Position numbers and translations under genes: made by a program. Below, in pieces: positions 26,352 through 39,527 of a stretch of DNA of 64,000 nt. This DNA comes from Octopus vulgaris. Lineage: Eukaryota. The notes under the pieces are model-generated. The model searched no databases. It was not told the origin of the DNA and worked only from the letters and a program-made list of their open reading frames with translations. Where the stretch lies: positions 151,032,001 through 151,096,000 of the forward strand of contig OX597817.1 of the NCBI GenBank assembly GCA_951406725.2. The letters run 5' to 3'. Numbering within the stretch: position 1 is the stretch's first letter; each line of letters starts with the position of its first letter.

Positions 26352-26687
26352 AACTCAGAGAATGCAAACCTCCACTAAGGCAACACCAACGTCCTCTCAA
26401 CGATTAGCCAGAGATGATTTTTAAAATGAGAATATCTGAAATAAACTCAACTGCTCTCATAAACGACAATACTTAAAATGAACCCGCCTGCTCTCAAAAA
26501 TTAAGTAAAAACACCGGAAAAATAATCCAGAATCCTTGTCCAGTACTGGATCGATCCCAAAATCTAATCTGTTCGTGCCAGTCACAAGGCCAAACATTCC
26601 TGAAAGTTTCATCCAAATCCATCCAGTGGTTCTTGAGATATCTTGCCCACAGACAAACAAACACGACTGAAAACAATACCTCCACCT
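26352..26687 (+). mobile_element. Probable non-autonomous Helitron/Helentron-associated element
   Basis: aagtttcatccaaatccatccagtggttcttgagatatc...acagacaaac...aaaacaatacctcc resembles HINE/Helitron-N type sequence (recognition only). Confidence 0.45.
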
Positions 26688-27010
26688 TAATCCCTTTTAC
26701 TAAAGGCACAAGGCCTGAAATTTCTGGTGTGGGGAAGGGGGGACAGTCGATTACATCGACTCCAGTACACAACTGGTACTTATTTTAGTAGTAGTAAAAT
26801 AAGTAGTAAAATCTAGTAGTAGTAGTGGCAGTAGTAGTTAGATTGAATAGACTTCTGATCAAAGGTATTTCAGCTGTATCAATGTTGTCTTTTTAGGGCT
26901 GTCGATTTCTGGGCATAAAACATTCTAATTAAAATTTCTTGCTTGACTACATTAATCGTGTTAATAAATCTAATTGATGAACAAGATACTAGCTAGACTG
27001 ATAAACTTAC

Positions 27011-27147
27011 CATTGTTTTGAAATTCCTGCTAGGTTCAGGAATTAAAGTACCAAAGTTCTGTCCATCAAGTAAAAGTTGGTAACCAGTGGCTTGAATATT
27101 TGGGTTACTTGGTGTACATTCCCAGCTTATATCAAGAAGAGCTTGAC
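27011..27147 (-). CDS. Exon 17 (LLDISWECTPSNPNIQATGYQLLLDGQ)
   Basis: atttcag acceptor, atg|gtaagt donor, 137 nt, phase 1-0. Confidence 0.9.
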
Positions 27148-29162
27148 CTGAAATAGATTATATTTTATTTATAGAAATATTGGTCCCAAATTTTGGTGTA
27201 AGGTCAACAATTTCGGAGATGGGGGGGGGGTAGTCGATAACATCAACTCCAGTGTGTAACCGGTACTTATTTTATTAACCCTTATCATGATCGTTTAATG
27301 TCCGCTTTCCATGCTGGAATGGGTTGGATGGTTTGACTGAGGACTAGTGAGCCAGAAGGCTGCATCAGGTTCCAATCTGATCTGACAGAGTTTCTACAGC
27401 TGGATGCCCTTCCTAAGGACAACCACTCCGAGAGTGTAGTGGGTGGTTTTTACGTGCCACCAGCATGAGGGCCAGTCAGGCGGTACTGGCATCGACCATG
27501 ATCAAAAGGTGTTTTTACGTGCTACCTGCACAGGAGCCAGTCCTGTGGCACTGGCAACGACCACGCTTGAATGCTGTTTTTCACATGCCACTGGCACATG
27601 TGCTGGTAAGGCAATGCTGGCAACAATCATGCTTAAATGGTGCTTTCATGTGTCACCGGCACGAGAGCTGATCAGTGGCCCTAGCAATGATTGTGCTCAG
27701 ATGTGCTTTAACATTCTACTGGCACAAGTGCCCTGAAAAGATTAAAGGCAAAGTTGACCTTGCAAAAGAAATGCTACTAAGAATATTGTCTGATGCTCCA
27801 ACAATTCTTGCTAGATTGCCATTTTTAATGATAATAATATTGCTTTCTACTAAAGGCACAAGACCTGAAATTTTTTTGGGAGGGGACAAGTTGATTACAT
27901 CTACCCCAGTTTTTCACTGGTACTTAATTTATGGACCCTGAAAGGATGAAAGGCAAAGTTGACCTTGGTGGAATTTGAACTCAGAATGTAAAGATGGATG
28001 AAATGCTGATGAGCATTTTGCCTGGCTTGCTAATGATTCTTCTGCCAGCTTGCTACCTTTCCAATAATAATGATAATGATAATCTTTTCTACCATAGGTA
28101 GGAGTGGCTGTGTGGTAAGTAGCTTGCTTACAAACCACATTGATTCCAGGTTCAGTCCTACTGTCTGGCACCTTGGGCAAGTGTCTTCTACAATAGCTTC
28201 AGGCCAACCAAAGCCTTGAGAGTGGATTTGGTAGCCGGAAACTGAAAGAAGCCTGTTGTATATATGTATATGTATAAATATGTATGTGCGTGTATATGTT
28301 TGTGTGTCTGTGTCTGTCCCCCAAACATCACTTGACAACTGATGCTGGTGTGTTTATGTCCCCATAACTTAGTGGTTCGGCAAAAGAGACCAATAGAATA
28401 AGTACTAGGCTTACAAAGAATAAGTCCTGGGGTCAATTTGCTCAACTAAAAGGCAGTGCTCCAGCATGGCCACAGTCAAATGACTGAAACAAGTAAAAGA
28501 GAGTAAAAGAGATGGGCATAAGGCCTGAAATTTTTGCGAGGAAAATAGTTGATTACATTAGCCCCTGGGTTCAAGTGATACTTATTTCATTGACCCCACT
28601 CCATAAGGATGCAAAGCAAAGTTGACCCCAGTAGGATTTGAACTCAATGTAAAAATGCAGCTAAGCATTTTGCCTGGCATGTAAATGATGATGACAATGA
28701 TGATGATGATAATTATGGTGGTGATGGTGGTGGTGGCGGTGATGATGATAATGTATGCATGCATGTATCATCATCATCATCATCGTTTAACGTCCGCTTT
28801 CCATGTTAGCATGGGTTGGACGATTTGACTGAGGACTGGCGAACCAGATGGCTGCACTGGGCTCCAATCTTGATCTGGCAATGTTTCTACAGCTGGATGC
28901 CCTTCCTAACGCCAACTACTCCGATAGTGTAGTGGGTGCTTTTTACATGCCACTGGCACAAGGGCCAGTCAGGTGGGACTGGAAACGGCCACGTGCAAAT
29001 GGTGTTTTTTACGTGCCACCTGCACAGGAGCCAGTCCAGCGGCATTGGTAACGACCTTGCTCTAATGTTTTTTCACGGGCCACTGGCACAAGTGCCAGTA
29101 AAGTGACACTGGTGACGATGTATGTTTGTATGTATGTGTGTATGTATATACTAAAAAGTTAC

Positions 29163-29241
29163 CTGTGTAATTGGAAAGAGCAATGATATACTTTTCAAGT
29201 AAATTCTCCAGTTTCAAAGAAGTCTTGATGGCCAACACTTC
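29163..29241 (-). CDS. Exon 16 (EVLAIKTSLKLENLLEKYIIALSNYT)
   Basis: tttggcag acceptor, g|gtaact donor, 79 nt, phase 0-1. Confidence 0.8.
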
Positions 29242-30098
29242 CTGCCAAAGGAAATTGCACCAATATTAATATATAAAACACTAGTGTATAAAAACATATT
29301 GAAACATATTTTATTGGAGGAAGAGGTATGGGTGGGAGAGTTAACTTGAGGTTGGGTGAAGACTGGAAAGATGGAGGGAAGAGGCTGTGTCACTTACTGT
29401 GTGTCTCCAGCATCCTTAGGTTACTTACTTCTCCATTGCCCACAAGGGGCTAAACATAGAGGGGACAAACAAGGACAGACAAAGGGATTAAGTCGATTAC
29501 ATCGACCCCAGTGCGTAATTGGTACTTAATTTATCGACCCTGAAAGGATGAAAGGCAAAGTTGACCACGGCAGAATTTGAACTCAGAAAGTAACTGCAGA
29601 TGAAATACCTATTTCTTTACTACCCACAAGGGGCTAAACACAGAGAAGACAAACAAGGACAGACAAATGGATTAAGTCGATTATATCGACCCCAGTGCGT
29701 AACTGGTACTTATTTAATTGACCCCGAAAGGATGAAAGGCAAAGTCGACCTTGGCAGAACTTGAACTCAGAACGTAGTGGCAGATGAAATACAGCTACGC
29801 ATTTCGCCCGGCGTGCTAACGTTTCTGCCAGTTTGCTGGCTTTGATTGATTCCTGTTGTCAGTGGTTAAGGTCTTTAATCTTTAATCTTTTATCTTTCAT
29901 TTGTTTTGGTCATTAGATTGTGGCCATGCTGGGGCGCCGCCTTAAAGAATTTTTAGTTGAATGAATCAATCCTAGTATGTTTTTTTTTAAAGCCTGGTTC
30001 TTGTTATATCAGCTTCTTTTGCTGAACTGCTAAGTTATGAGGATGTAAACACACTGGTTGTCAAGCTATGGTGGGGGACAAATGCAGACACAAAGACT

Positions 30099-30129
<31 letters not shown>

Positions 30130-32031
30130 ACACTCATCATATATGATAGGCTTCTTTCAGTTTCCACCTAGCAAATCCACTTCAAGGCTTTGATCAGCCT
30201 GAGGCTATAGTAGAAGATACTTGCACAAGGTGCTATACAGTGGGACAGAACCTGGAACCATGTGATTGGGAAGTATCCTTCTTACCATACAGCCATGTCT
30301 GTGCCTATATGTAATATCCTCATATCCATGAGAAATTTATTAGTTTCTCTCTGAAGAGAAGTGGCTGAGATTTATAGAGTAGCATTAAGGAATGTCAGAA
30401 TGTCAGAATGTAAAATCCTCATTTCAATGAATTATACAGTTCTATGCATGGTTGTTCCAATAGGATGGATAGTGTTCATGAAATGCTAAATCTGATTTTA
30501 TATTCTTTTAGTCTTTTATTCTTTTACTTGTTTCAGTCATTTGGCCAGGGCCATGCTGGAGCACCACCTTTTGGTCAAAGAAATCGACCCCTGGGTTTAT
30601 TCTTTGTAAGCATAGTACTTATTCTATCAGTCTCTTAGGCCAAACTGCTAAATCATGGGGCCGTAAACATACCAACATTGGTTGTCAAGTGATGAAATGG
30701 GGGACAAACTCAGATAAAGACACACACATACATATAAACATATATATAGGGTTGGCCAAAAGTCACCTGACAGTAAATCAAAATTCCATAAATACTTAAT
30801 ATTCAATTTTATTTATTCATTCCAATTATGAATGTCTAATAATTGAATGCTGTGAGTTAAAAATCACCGTTTTTTTCAACAAGTGTTTGGCATATGGAAT
30901 TCAAAAAGATATTTAAGGTGGTTATTGGAAAGATGGATGTCTACCAAGTCAGTTGCCAGACATTGGAGCTTTAATGTGTCCATGCCCAGGGAAGCAACAC
31001 GTTCAGAGTATGGTAGATGTTTGACGATGGGTATTCATCTGGTTGAACATTTCTGAACAGTTTCCAGGAGATTGATAGCTGAGCAAGGTAAGGGTCTAGA
31101 CTGGAGATGCAAACTCTAAGCATGGACATACCATAGGCATATAGAGCTTTAAATAGATAGCTGTTGCCCCTGGGTAATAAAATCTGCAATAGATTTGGTG
31201 TTTTATTCTGGAACAGATGTATTTCTTTCTTTCAAAATATTATGAACATTAGAATTATGCATTATAAGCCTAAATTAAAAAGAAAAACCAATAAAATATT
31301 AATTAGTTTGAATGTCTGAGATGAGTTGTCATTAATTAAACTACAATTTTATGGACTATTAACCTCATCTATACTACCATTAAAGATCAATATTTTCGAA
31401 ATGTAGTGTAGACATAAATATTGAAAAATCTTGTCTTTAAATGTAAAGATAACAGTCTGAAAAATTATAATAATAATAATAATTATTATTATAATAATTA
31501 CAACCAACCCAGTTTAAGTTAGACCTGTTCAGTTACAATTGTTAAGTTGATAACAAGTTGGAGACTTTGTTGATGAATTGTAAGATTTCATGCCATCATG
31601 GGTACTGTGATCTGCTATGGATGAGACCCTGTGTCTCTTCTGTTTAGTTTATATTGTAGAAGAGTTGATGATTGATTGATTGATTCTAGTTTCAGCTCAC
31701 GAGCTGTGGCCATGCTGGGGCACCGGATCTTATTGTATACAGTGCTCAGGTGTACTACAACACATTGGAAAATGTACAAGAGTGACAGAGAGCTGAGTCA
31801 AGTAAAGAAAGACAGTAATGAAAGCCAAAAGTAGATGCATCATACATAGATCATAGGCGTAGGAGTGTCTGTGTGGTAAGTAGCTTGCTTACCAACCACA
31901 TGGTTCTGGGTTCAGTCCCACTGCATGGCACCTTGGGCAAGCATCTTCTACTATAGCCTTGGGCCAACCAAAGCTTGTAAGTGGATTTGGTTGACGGAAA
32001 CTGAAAGAAGCCCGCCATATATATGTATATG

Positions 32032-32066
<35 letters not shown>

Positions 32067-33538
32067 TTGTGTGTCTGTGTTTGTCACCCCTATATCGCTT
32101 GACAACCGATGCTGGTGTGTTTACGTCCCTGTAGCTTAGTGGTTTGGAAGAAGAGACCGACAGAATATGTACTAGGCTTACAACGAATAAGTCCTAGGGT
32201 TGATTTGCTCGACTAAAGGCAGTGCTCCAGCATGGTCGCAGTCAAATGACTGAAACAAGTAAAAGAGAGAGATAAAACCTAACTGGCACTGATGGTTATG
32301 ACGATGAGGGTTCCAGTCAAACCAATCAACAGAACAGCCTGCACATGAAATTAACATGCAAGTGAGTGAGTAGTCCACAGACACATATACCTATTTCTTT
32401 ACTGCCCACAAGGGGCTAAACACAGAGGAGACAAACAAGGACAGACAGACGAATTAAGTCGATTATATCGAACCCAGTGCGTAGCTGGTACTTAATTTAT
32501 CGACCCCAAAAGGATGGCAGGCTAAGTCGACCTCGGCAGAATTTGAACTCAGAACGCAGCAGCGCATGAAATACCGCTAAGCATTTCGCCCAGCGTGCTA
32601 ACATTGCTGCCAGCTCGCAACATACCTTTAATGTAGATCTCAAGGAGATTCAGCCTGACACAGGATGTTACAAGGCTGGCCCTTTGAAATACATGTACAA
32701 CTCATTTTTGCCAGCTGAGTTTACTGGAGCAACGTGAAATAAAGTGTTCTGCTCAAATATAGTGTCTGCTGGGAATCAAACTCATGGCTTTATCGCAGTG
32801 TGCCAAATACCCTAACCACTACACCACAAGATTTCACTGAATAAATGACAAAATGACATAAAAGTGAACAGGAAAAGAGCCCTAAAGAGGAAAAGGTGCA
32901 CAGAAGAGACGCATGGAATTTTTGAATGATGCTGTCATCTGACAACCAACGACTAAACTGAGTAGTTTAGCCCAATAACAATTCTTAGCATAGAAAAAAA
33001 GTGTGTTTCTGGAAGTCATGGGTGCTGTGCTGTATATTGATTTTATAAGTATGTCCATGAGTGATTTGTTATTGAGCAACCATAAAAAGGCGTTTTTTCT
33101 TTTTTATGGTTTGTTGAACACTGGAGAGGTTTTCATTGAAATAATGATTTCTTTAGCAGCATTACCCTTATGTAATAGATACTACAGATACTGATACAGA
33201 AATAATCTGGTATTGTTGTCCTCCTCCTCCTCCCCCGCCCCTCCCCCTCCTCTTCCTCCCCTCTTCCCCCCCTCCACCACCAACAGATTTGGCAAGGGTT
33301 TCTACAGCTGAGTGCCCCTCCTCCTAATGGTAACCACTTTATGATGTGTACTGGATACTTTTTATATGGTACCAGCATGAATGACACTGCCCAATAATTT
33401 GGCAAGACAAGAAAAGAAAATGGAATAGCCCCCTTGATTGAGTGGGTGGGGATCAATTGATTTTGACCCAATTAAAAAATTAAACCCTTTGAATGATTCC
33501 AATACATTTTCATCAGTTAAGAAGTTGGTAAAACTTAC

Positions 33539-33623
33539 TTGACTATTTCTAGTATTAGATTTTCTTGTTGGCATCAGTGAATTTCGGTTAACCCTCTGCT
33601 TATTGTTAAAACTGCTAATTAAT
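33539..33623 (-). CDS. Exon 15 (LISSFNNKQRVNRNSLMPTRKSNTRNSQ)
   Basis: gtttcag acceptor, caa|gtaagt donor, 85 nt, phase 2-0 needed to bridge exons 14 and 16. Confidence 0.75.
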
Positions 33624-35334
33624 CTGAAACATACATAGAAGAGATTTTTTTCCTTCATTTCAAAGAACAGGTGATTAATTAATTCTTTCATAATTATTGT
33701 GGTATTCACACGAGAATATGAGGCAGCTGGAAGATGTTATACATCAATCTCTACAGACAATGAGGAGGATAATTTTTTTCTCATTTGGTTTGCCAAAGAA
33801 CATATCTCTGGTTTTTGTTTTCATCATCATCATCATTGTTTAACGTCTGTTTTCCGTGCTAGCACAGGTTGGACAGTTCGACTGGGGTCTGGGAAGCCAA
33901 GTGGCTGCACAAGGCTCCAGTTTGATCTGGCAGTGTTTCTACAGCTGGATGCCCTTCCTAACGCCAACCACTCCGTGAGTGTAGTGGGTACTTTTTACGT
34001 GCCATGGGAGGCTGGCAGCGGCCATGATCGGTTGGTGCTTTTTACGTGCCACTAGCACAGAAGCCAGTCAAGGCGGCGCTGGCATCGGCCACGTTCGGAT
34101 GGTGCTTTTTACATGCCACCGGCACAGGTATCCAACTACAATTTCCATCTGATTTTTATTTTGATGTTGATGTTTATTATTATTAATATTTATTGATAAT
34201 ACTGAATAGAAAGTTTGAAGTATGGTTATTTTCTTTTATAATTACTATTTCCCACTTAATTATTCCTTCAAACAGTTCAGAGATGAGCTAATGAAGGAGC
34301 TCCTACAAAATCTTATATGGGCCCCCAAGGGTTCATAAAAGATTTTGTTGTTAAAATTTATGAGCAATAAATTGGTTACATGTCTGCAACACACAAAATA
34401 TTTCAACAAATTTTTTTATACAATTCCCAATAATATTTAACAATAAAAATATAATAGGCGAGCTGGCGGAAAAGTTAGCACGTCGGGCGAAAAGCTTTGT
34501 GGCATTTCGTCTGCCGCTGCGTTCTGAGTTCAAATTCCACCAAGGTCAACTTTGCCTTTCATTCTTTCTGGGTCGATAAATTAAGTACCAGTTATGCATT
34601 GGGAGTCTATGTAATCGACTTAATCCGTTTGTCTGTCCTTGTTTGTCCCCTCTATGTTTAGCCCCTTGTGGGCAAAAAAAAAAAATATATATATATATAT
34701 ATATGGGATTTTTTAAACATTGAATGGTTATGAGAGTTCATCTGAATAAAATGGAAATCAAAGGGTAGAAAAATGGTTGAGAACCACTGTTGTACATGGG
34801 CACTTTATTTGCTAGAAATAGCAGCCAAATCTCCATCAAATCATACACTTGTGTTTTAAGCATAGAAGTGACTCTTTATATAATGTAGTCCTAGGTACTC
34901 TCAAAAAGATAGGATAATCATGTCTGGATCATCTTTGACTCCCTACTCAATTAGAACTAAATTAGATAACTCAGCAACAGTATGTTGCACCAGCAAGGGA
35001 TTTCTACACAGTTACTGCTAGAAATAACAGCAAAAACTTCCTCAAATCACACCTAACCCTTTTAACCCTTTTGATGCCATCTTCCTTTAGACTGCCCCTG
35101 GTTCTATTGTACAATCTGTCTGTCCCTGGTTCTATTGTACAAACTGTTTGTTTTAAAGTGATCTCAATTAGAATTTCTCATTAAAATTTCATACTATTTA
35201 TATTTCACATATCAATTTATTAATAACAATTATTTTACTATATTCTTTGCTGTTTCCAAAATTCATTGAAATAAAAGCAGTGTATTTCAGCAGAAACACA
35301 ATGTCGAAAAAGGTTAAATAATTTTTTTACTATA

Positions 35335-35748
35335 GATCCTAGAAGGAATTGTGCCAAATTTTGGCATTGAAAGCTACACCAATGCTAGAATGGGACGACA
35401 CTGCATAGTGCCAAAGATCCCAGCAATGCCATCACGCTTCAGGACCAGTTACTGCAACAGCCTGGGTTTCAAGGGCCCACAGCTTTTTAATATTTTCCCA
35501 AAGAGTCTGAGGAACTTGCACAAAGTAGATGTAGCAGTTTTTAAATCAAAGCTGGACCTCTTCCTGTCCAGAGTCCCAGATGAACCTACCTCATGGCAAG
35601 AGGTGCAAATGAGGGTTGCTATATCAAACTCCATTCTTCACCAAGTGCCACATATTAGAGGAGGCTCTTAGTAATAACAGTGTAGCACAAAACGGCGGTG
35701 CATCAGCATAGCCACAGCTCTGAGCTGAAACTATATAAAAAAAAAAAA
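35335..35748 (+). mobile_element. CR1/L2-group LINE 3' end (ORF2 C-terminus, 3' UTR, A tail)
   Basis: GPQLFNIFPKSLRNL...FKSKLDLFLSRVPDEP motif; tail ggcggtgcatcagcatagccacag...ctgaaac(A)n. Confidence 0.8.
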
Positions 35749-36063
35749 GGTACAAAGCCTAAAATTTAGGGGAGGAGCAAGTCAATTACATCAAGCCCAG
35801 TGTTTAACTGGTATTTATTTCATCAACCCTGAAAGGACGAAAGGCAAAGCCAACCTTGGTGGAATTTGATCACAGAATGTAAAGATAGATGAAATGCTGT
35901 TAAGCATTTTTGTCTCGCATGCTAACAATTCTGCCAGCCTAGTTGAAAAGTTAGATAATGATAATATTTATAGTAAAGCTTAAGATAGTTGAAACCTTAT
36001 AATAAATCAAATATAAAAAATGCTTATTGGAAATGAAAAATAAAATATTGACAAGGGACATAC

Positions 36064-36218
36064 TTATCTCGAGCATTGAGAAGTTGACATGTTGTCTTCT
36101 CCAACAATTGTCGTTCCTGAAGGCCTATAATATTAACTTTAATGGTAGGAGGTAAGATAGCAGCAAACAGAGTCACTTCTATTGGTTCAGAACATATTAT
36201 CTTGTTGGTGTGATATAT
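36064..36218 (-). CDS. Exon 14 (CSEPIEVTL...LPPTIKVNIIGLQERQLLEK)
   Basis: tactag acceptor, aa|gtatgt donor, 155 nt, phase 0-2. Confidence 0.85.
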
Positions 36219-37080
36219 CTAGTAATGAGTATGAAAACCAGATGTAAAGCAGAATCTTTTAAACAAAGGTTACTTTTACAGTTAATCTCAATGATTATAT
36301 AAGCACCTAAAACAATGAACAGATATTTCTAATTGTTAAACAAATTTCTGTGTTTCATGGCTTTGGCAAAGACAGAAGGGTATCATTGATGATCTTCAGA
36401 AAGGTTTCCAAAACTAATAAGGAAAAGGGGGGGGGCAAAAGCTATGGAATTATGAATTGCTGCAGTGCACAACCCTAAGATTGGAACCATGATCCAAATC
36501 CCCACAAAAGAGTTACTTAAGCCCTTAATTTCCAATGGCATATAGGTTATTGACAATTTTTCTTCAATGTTCTCAATTCAGGACTATCTTTTCTGCTTCT
36601 CTTCAGTTGGAGCCCTGCATTTTCAGCTTTGTCTCAGTATCCCACATGGTCCCCCGAGGGAAGGCCTTCCATTCTCAGTCTTGTTGATTTTGAATAATTA
36701 TCAATATTTTTGTGACTTCACTATATTCCAGGCAAGGGTATTGGCTCTATGCAAACCCATTTTTACCTCTGGATTAAAAAAGGTGGTCCCGGTTAACCTG
36801 ACCTCTATCATTTGACCTGTCCAACATAAGAGACACTACCAGGAGCTTGTGTTCCACTGACACAGCTTTCAGGGTCATTGAAGTATATAAGCCACCATGC
36901 CTTAACAAAAACTGGACCTTGTGGTAGTTACAACAGAGTAGATTCTGCTAAAGGCACCCAAGTGCTAAACTGGGAGAAGGATTAGATCTACCACCAAAAA
37001 AACACTCATACCTTTTATCTTTTATACTTTTCAGTCACTAGACTATGGCCATACCACGGCACCACCTTGATGAGTTTAGT

Positions 37081-37532
37081 CAGATGGTTCCCAAAGAAGG
37101 CAGTATTGCTCCCTTGGGTGTGGTAGAAAATTTCAAAAGGGTGTTGAAGAAAAGTATACTGATAATGGGCTAGTGATTCATCTAAAATGTAGGGCTATAA
37201 TGGGGTAGTGATTGACCTAAAATATGGGGTGATAATGGGGTAGCGATTCATCTGAAATGTGGGATGATAATGGGGTAGCGATTCATCTGAAATGTGGGGT
37301 GATAATGGGGTAGTGATTGATCTAAAATGTGGGGTCATAATGGGGTAGCGATTCCTGTAAAAACAACAAAATAATGGGTTTCTTTAGGTTAAGTTATATT
37401 TGTAAAATACAGTTGCTTTGAATTTGCTTCAGAAAGAGGTCTATGTTTGTGAGGGTTAGTTGGGGTGGGAACACTAGGAATGTGGCCTGGGTGTCAAGGG
37501 GGTGGCAGCCTGAAAATGTTTGGTAGTCACTG
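37081..37532. mobile_element. hAT-like MITE with internal 35-bp minisatellite, inserted in a SINE
   Basis: cag.tggttcccaaa ... tttggtagtcactg ends; tttagtc duplicated on both sides; about 6 x 35-bp units at 37161-37353. Confidence 0.6.
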
Positions 37533-37936
37533 ATTTAGTCAAACAAATTGACCTCAGTACATATTTTTTAAGTGTGGTACTTATTCTATTAATCACTTTT
37601 GCTGAACTGCTAAGTTATAGGAATGTAATCAAAACAACAAAAGGTGTCAAGTGGTAGTAGGTGACAAACAGAAACACACCCACCCACACACATCTATGAC
37701 AGGCTTCTTTCAGTTTCTCTCTACAAGGCTTTGGTCAGCTTAGGGCTATGTAGAAGACATTTTCCCAAGGTGTCATGTTGGCGGTATACCAAACCAAAGA
37801 CCATGTGGTCGGAAAACAAGCTTCTCACCCACGCAGCTTATGCCGAAGATAACACGAAAGTTTTGCAAAGGAAACTGATTAACAGTTCATGAGTAAAACT
37901 TCTCTTTGAAATGTATTTCACAAATGGAAAACTTAC

Positions 37937-38062
37937 ATGAATCTTCAAAGTAATTAAATAGCATCCCAAATCAAGATCGTCAATTGTAAGTGATTGAACA
38001 TCTGGAAGTATTGGTCCGTGTGTTGTTATTGCATCACCACTCGAACAATCAGAACAGGTGAT
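37937..38062 (-). CDS. Exon 13 (ITCSDC...LTIDDLDLGCYLITLKIH)
   Basis: ctttcag acceptor, cat|gtaagt donor, 126 nt, phase 0-0. Confidence 0.88.
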
Positions 38063-38203
38063 CTGAAAGAATCAAATAATTATAAATGTAAAATTAATTT
38101 TACAGCCACAAATATCAACATATTCTGTGTCTATTTAAACATGTTTTCATTAGATGATGTAATTTTGTTCCCATTTCCTTGTTCAGGCCAATAATTTAAG
38201 TTA

Positions 38204-38239
<36 letters not shown>

Positions 38240-38244
38240 AGCAT

Positions 38245-38400
38245 CTTACCATCTTGTCTTTGGTTGGCCTCTTGATCTTATTTATTGTGTTAGTGACCAT
38301 TCCACCACATGGATTGTCCATCTGTGGTCCTTCAGTCATGTGATATGGCTAGCCCATTTATATTCCTTACAAAATATTAACTCTCTGGAATTTCCTTCCC
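38245..38400 (-). mobile_element. RTE LINE ORF2 C-terminal fragment
   Basis: WASHIT*LKDHRWTIHVVEW...RSRGQPKTRW. Confidence 0.65.
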
Positions 38401-39109
38401 TATTCATGCTTTTCCTGAAGGTGTTAACTTACAGATGTTCCGGTCGAATATACAGCATTATCAATCTCTCCTGTCTCAGAGAACCTGTGAATGTCAAGGG
38501 CCCTGCCCCTTCCTGTTGTCTAAGCCTGGTCTGGCCAACTCGAATTCCATTGCAGGCCACTTTAATCACAGAAAGTTTTTTGAGGGTCACTCGTATACTT
38601 TATGCATTAATAGTCAAACAATCAAATTACAGAATCAAGAATTTTTCATTCTTTCCGTTTTATTGTTTTATTCTTTTATTTATTTCAGTTGTTTGTCTGT
38701 GGCCATGCTGGAGCACCATCTTTAGTCAAACAAACTGACCCCAGGACTTATTCTTTGTAAGCATAGTACTTATTCTATTGGTCTCTTTTGCCAAGCCACT
38801 AAGTTATGGGGACATAAGCACACCAGCATCAGCTATCAAGCGATAGTGGGGGGACAAACACACACACATTGTTTAAAATTATAAAATTGTAGGCTGTTGT
38901 GTTATTGTCACTGATAAATTTTAAATTTATTTTGAAATAAATGTTTTACACAAACAATTTTATTTTGAAATTAGATAATAATGAGGTCACCCATTTCAAG
39001 AAAATATCAAGCAGGCTGCAAGATAAAAGTCTGCGGGTTGCATGCAGCCTGCAGGCCTCAGGTTGGCCAGCCCTGGTCTAAACCATTAAAGAAAATATTT
39101 AAATTACCT

Positions 39110-39140
<31 letters not shown>

Positions 39141-39356
39141 GCATTAAGAACTGATAGGGAAGGGAAAGCTTTGCCAACATAAAAAAGGTACATTGATCTT
39201 GTTTGCTAGAAAGAACAGCTAAGCTGCTTTAGGTGCCTGTTGTATGTTAGTGTAAGAACAGACAGCCAAAAGAAATGTACACCTTTTAAGTGAAATATAG
39301 TCTTATTTTTGAGACAGTCAAAGAAATTCTTAATATATACCTTTATCCTTTCTTAC

Positions 39357-39527
39357 CTTAAAGTATTTAATTTTGATTCCAGCTGTAATAACGGGTTTAT
39401 CCCAACTAACGATTAGATCTGGGCCAAATGGTGGATCTCTTCGCAATATTGGTGCTACAACACCAGGCCACTGAACTGTCTGTGGATCTGAGATTTTACT
39501 TGAGAGCCATTCAAAATTAGTCAATGC
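39357..39527 (-). CDS. Exon 12 (ALTNFEW...LIVSWDKPVITAGIKIKYFK)
   Basis: ttgacag acceptor, aag|gtaaga donor, 171 nt, phase 0-0. Confidence 0.9.

Noticed and set aside
31131-31183. Exon-like segment on the minus strand (ILLPRGNSYLFKALYAY, SH3-like ALY.Y)
   Set aside because: Ends in phase 1 while the next exon needs phase 0; inclusion causes a stop, and exons 15-16 join without it
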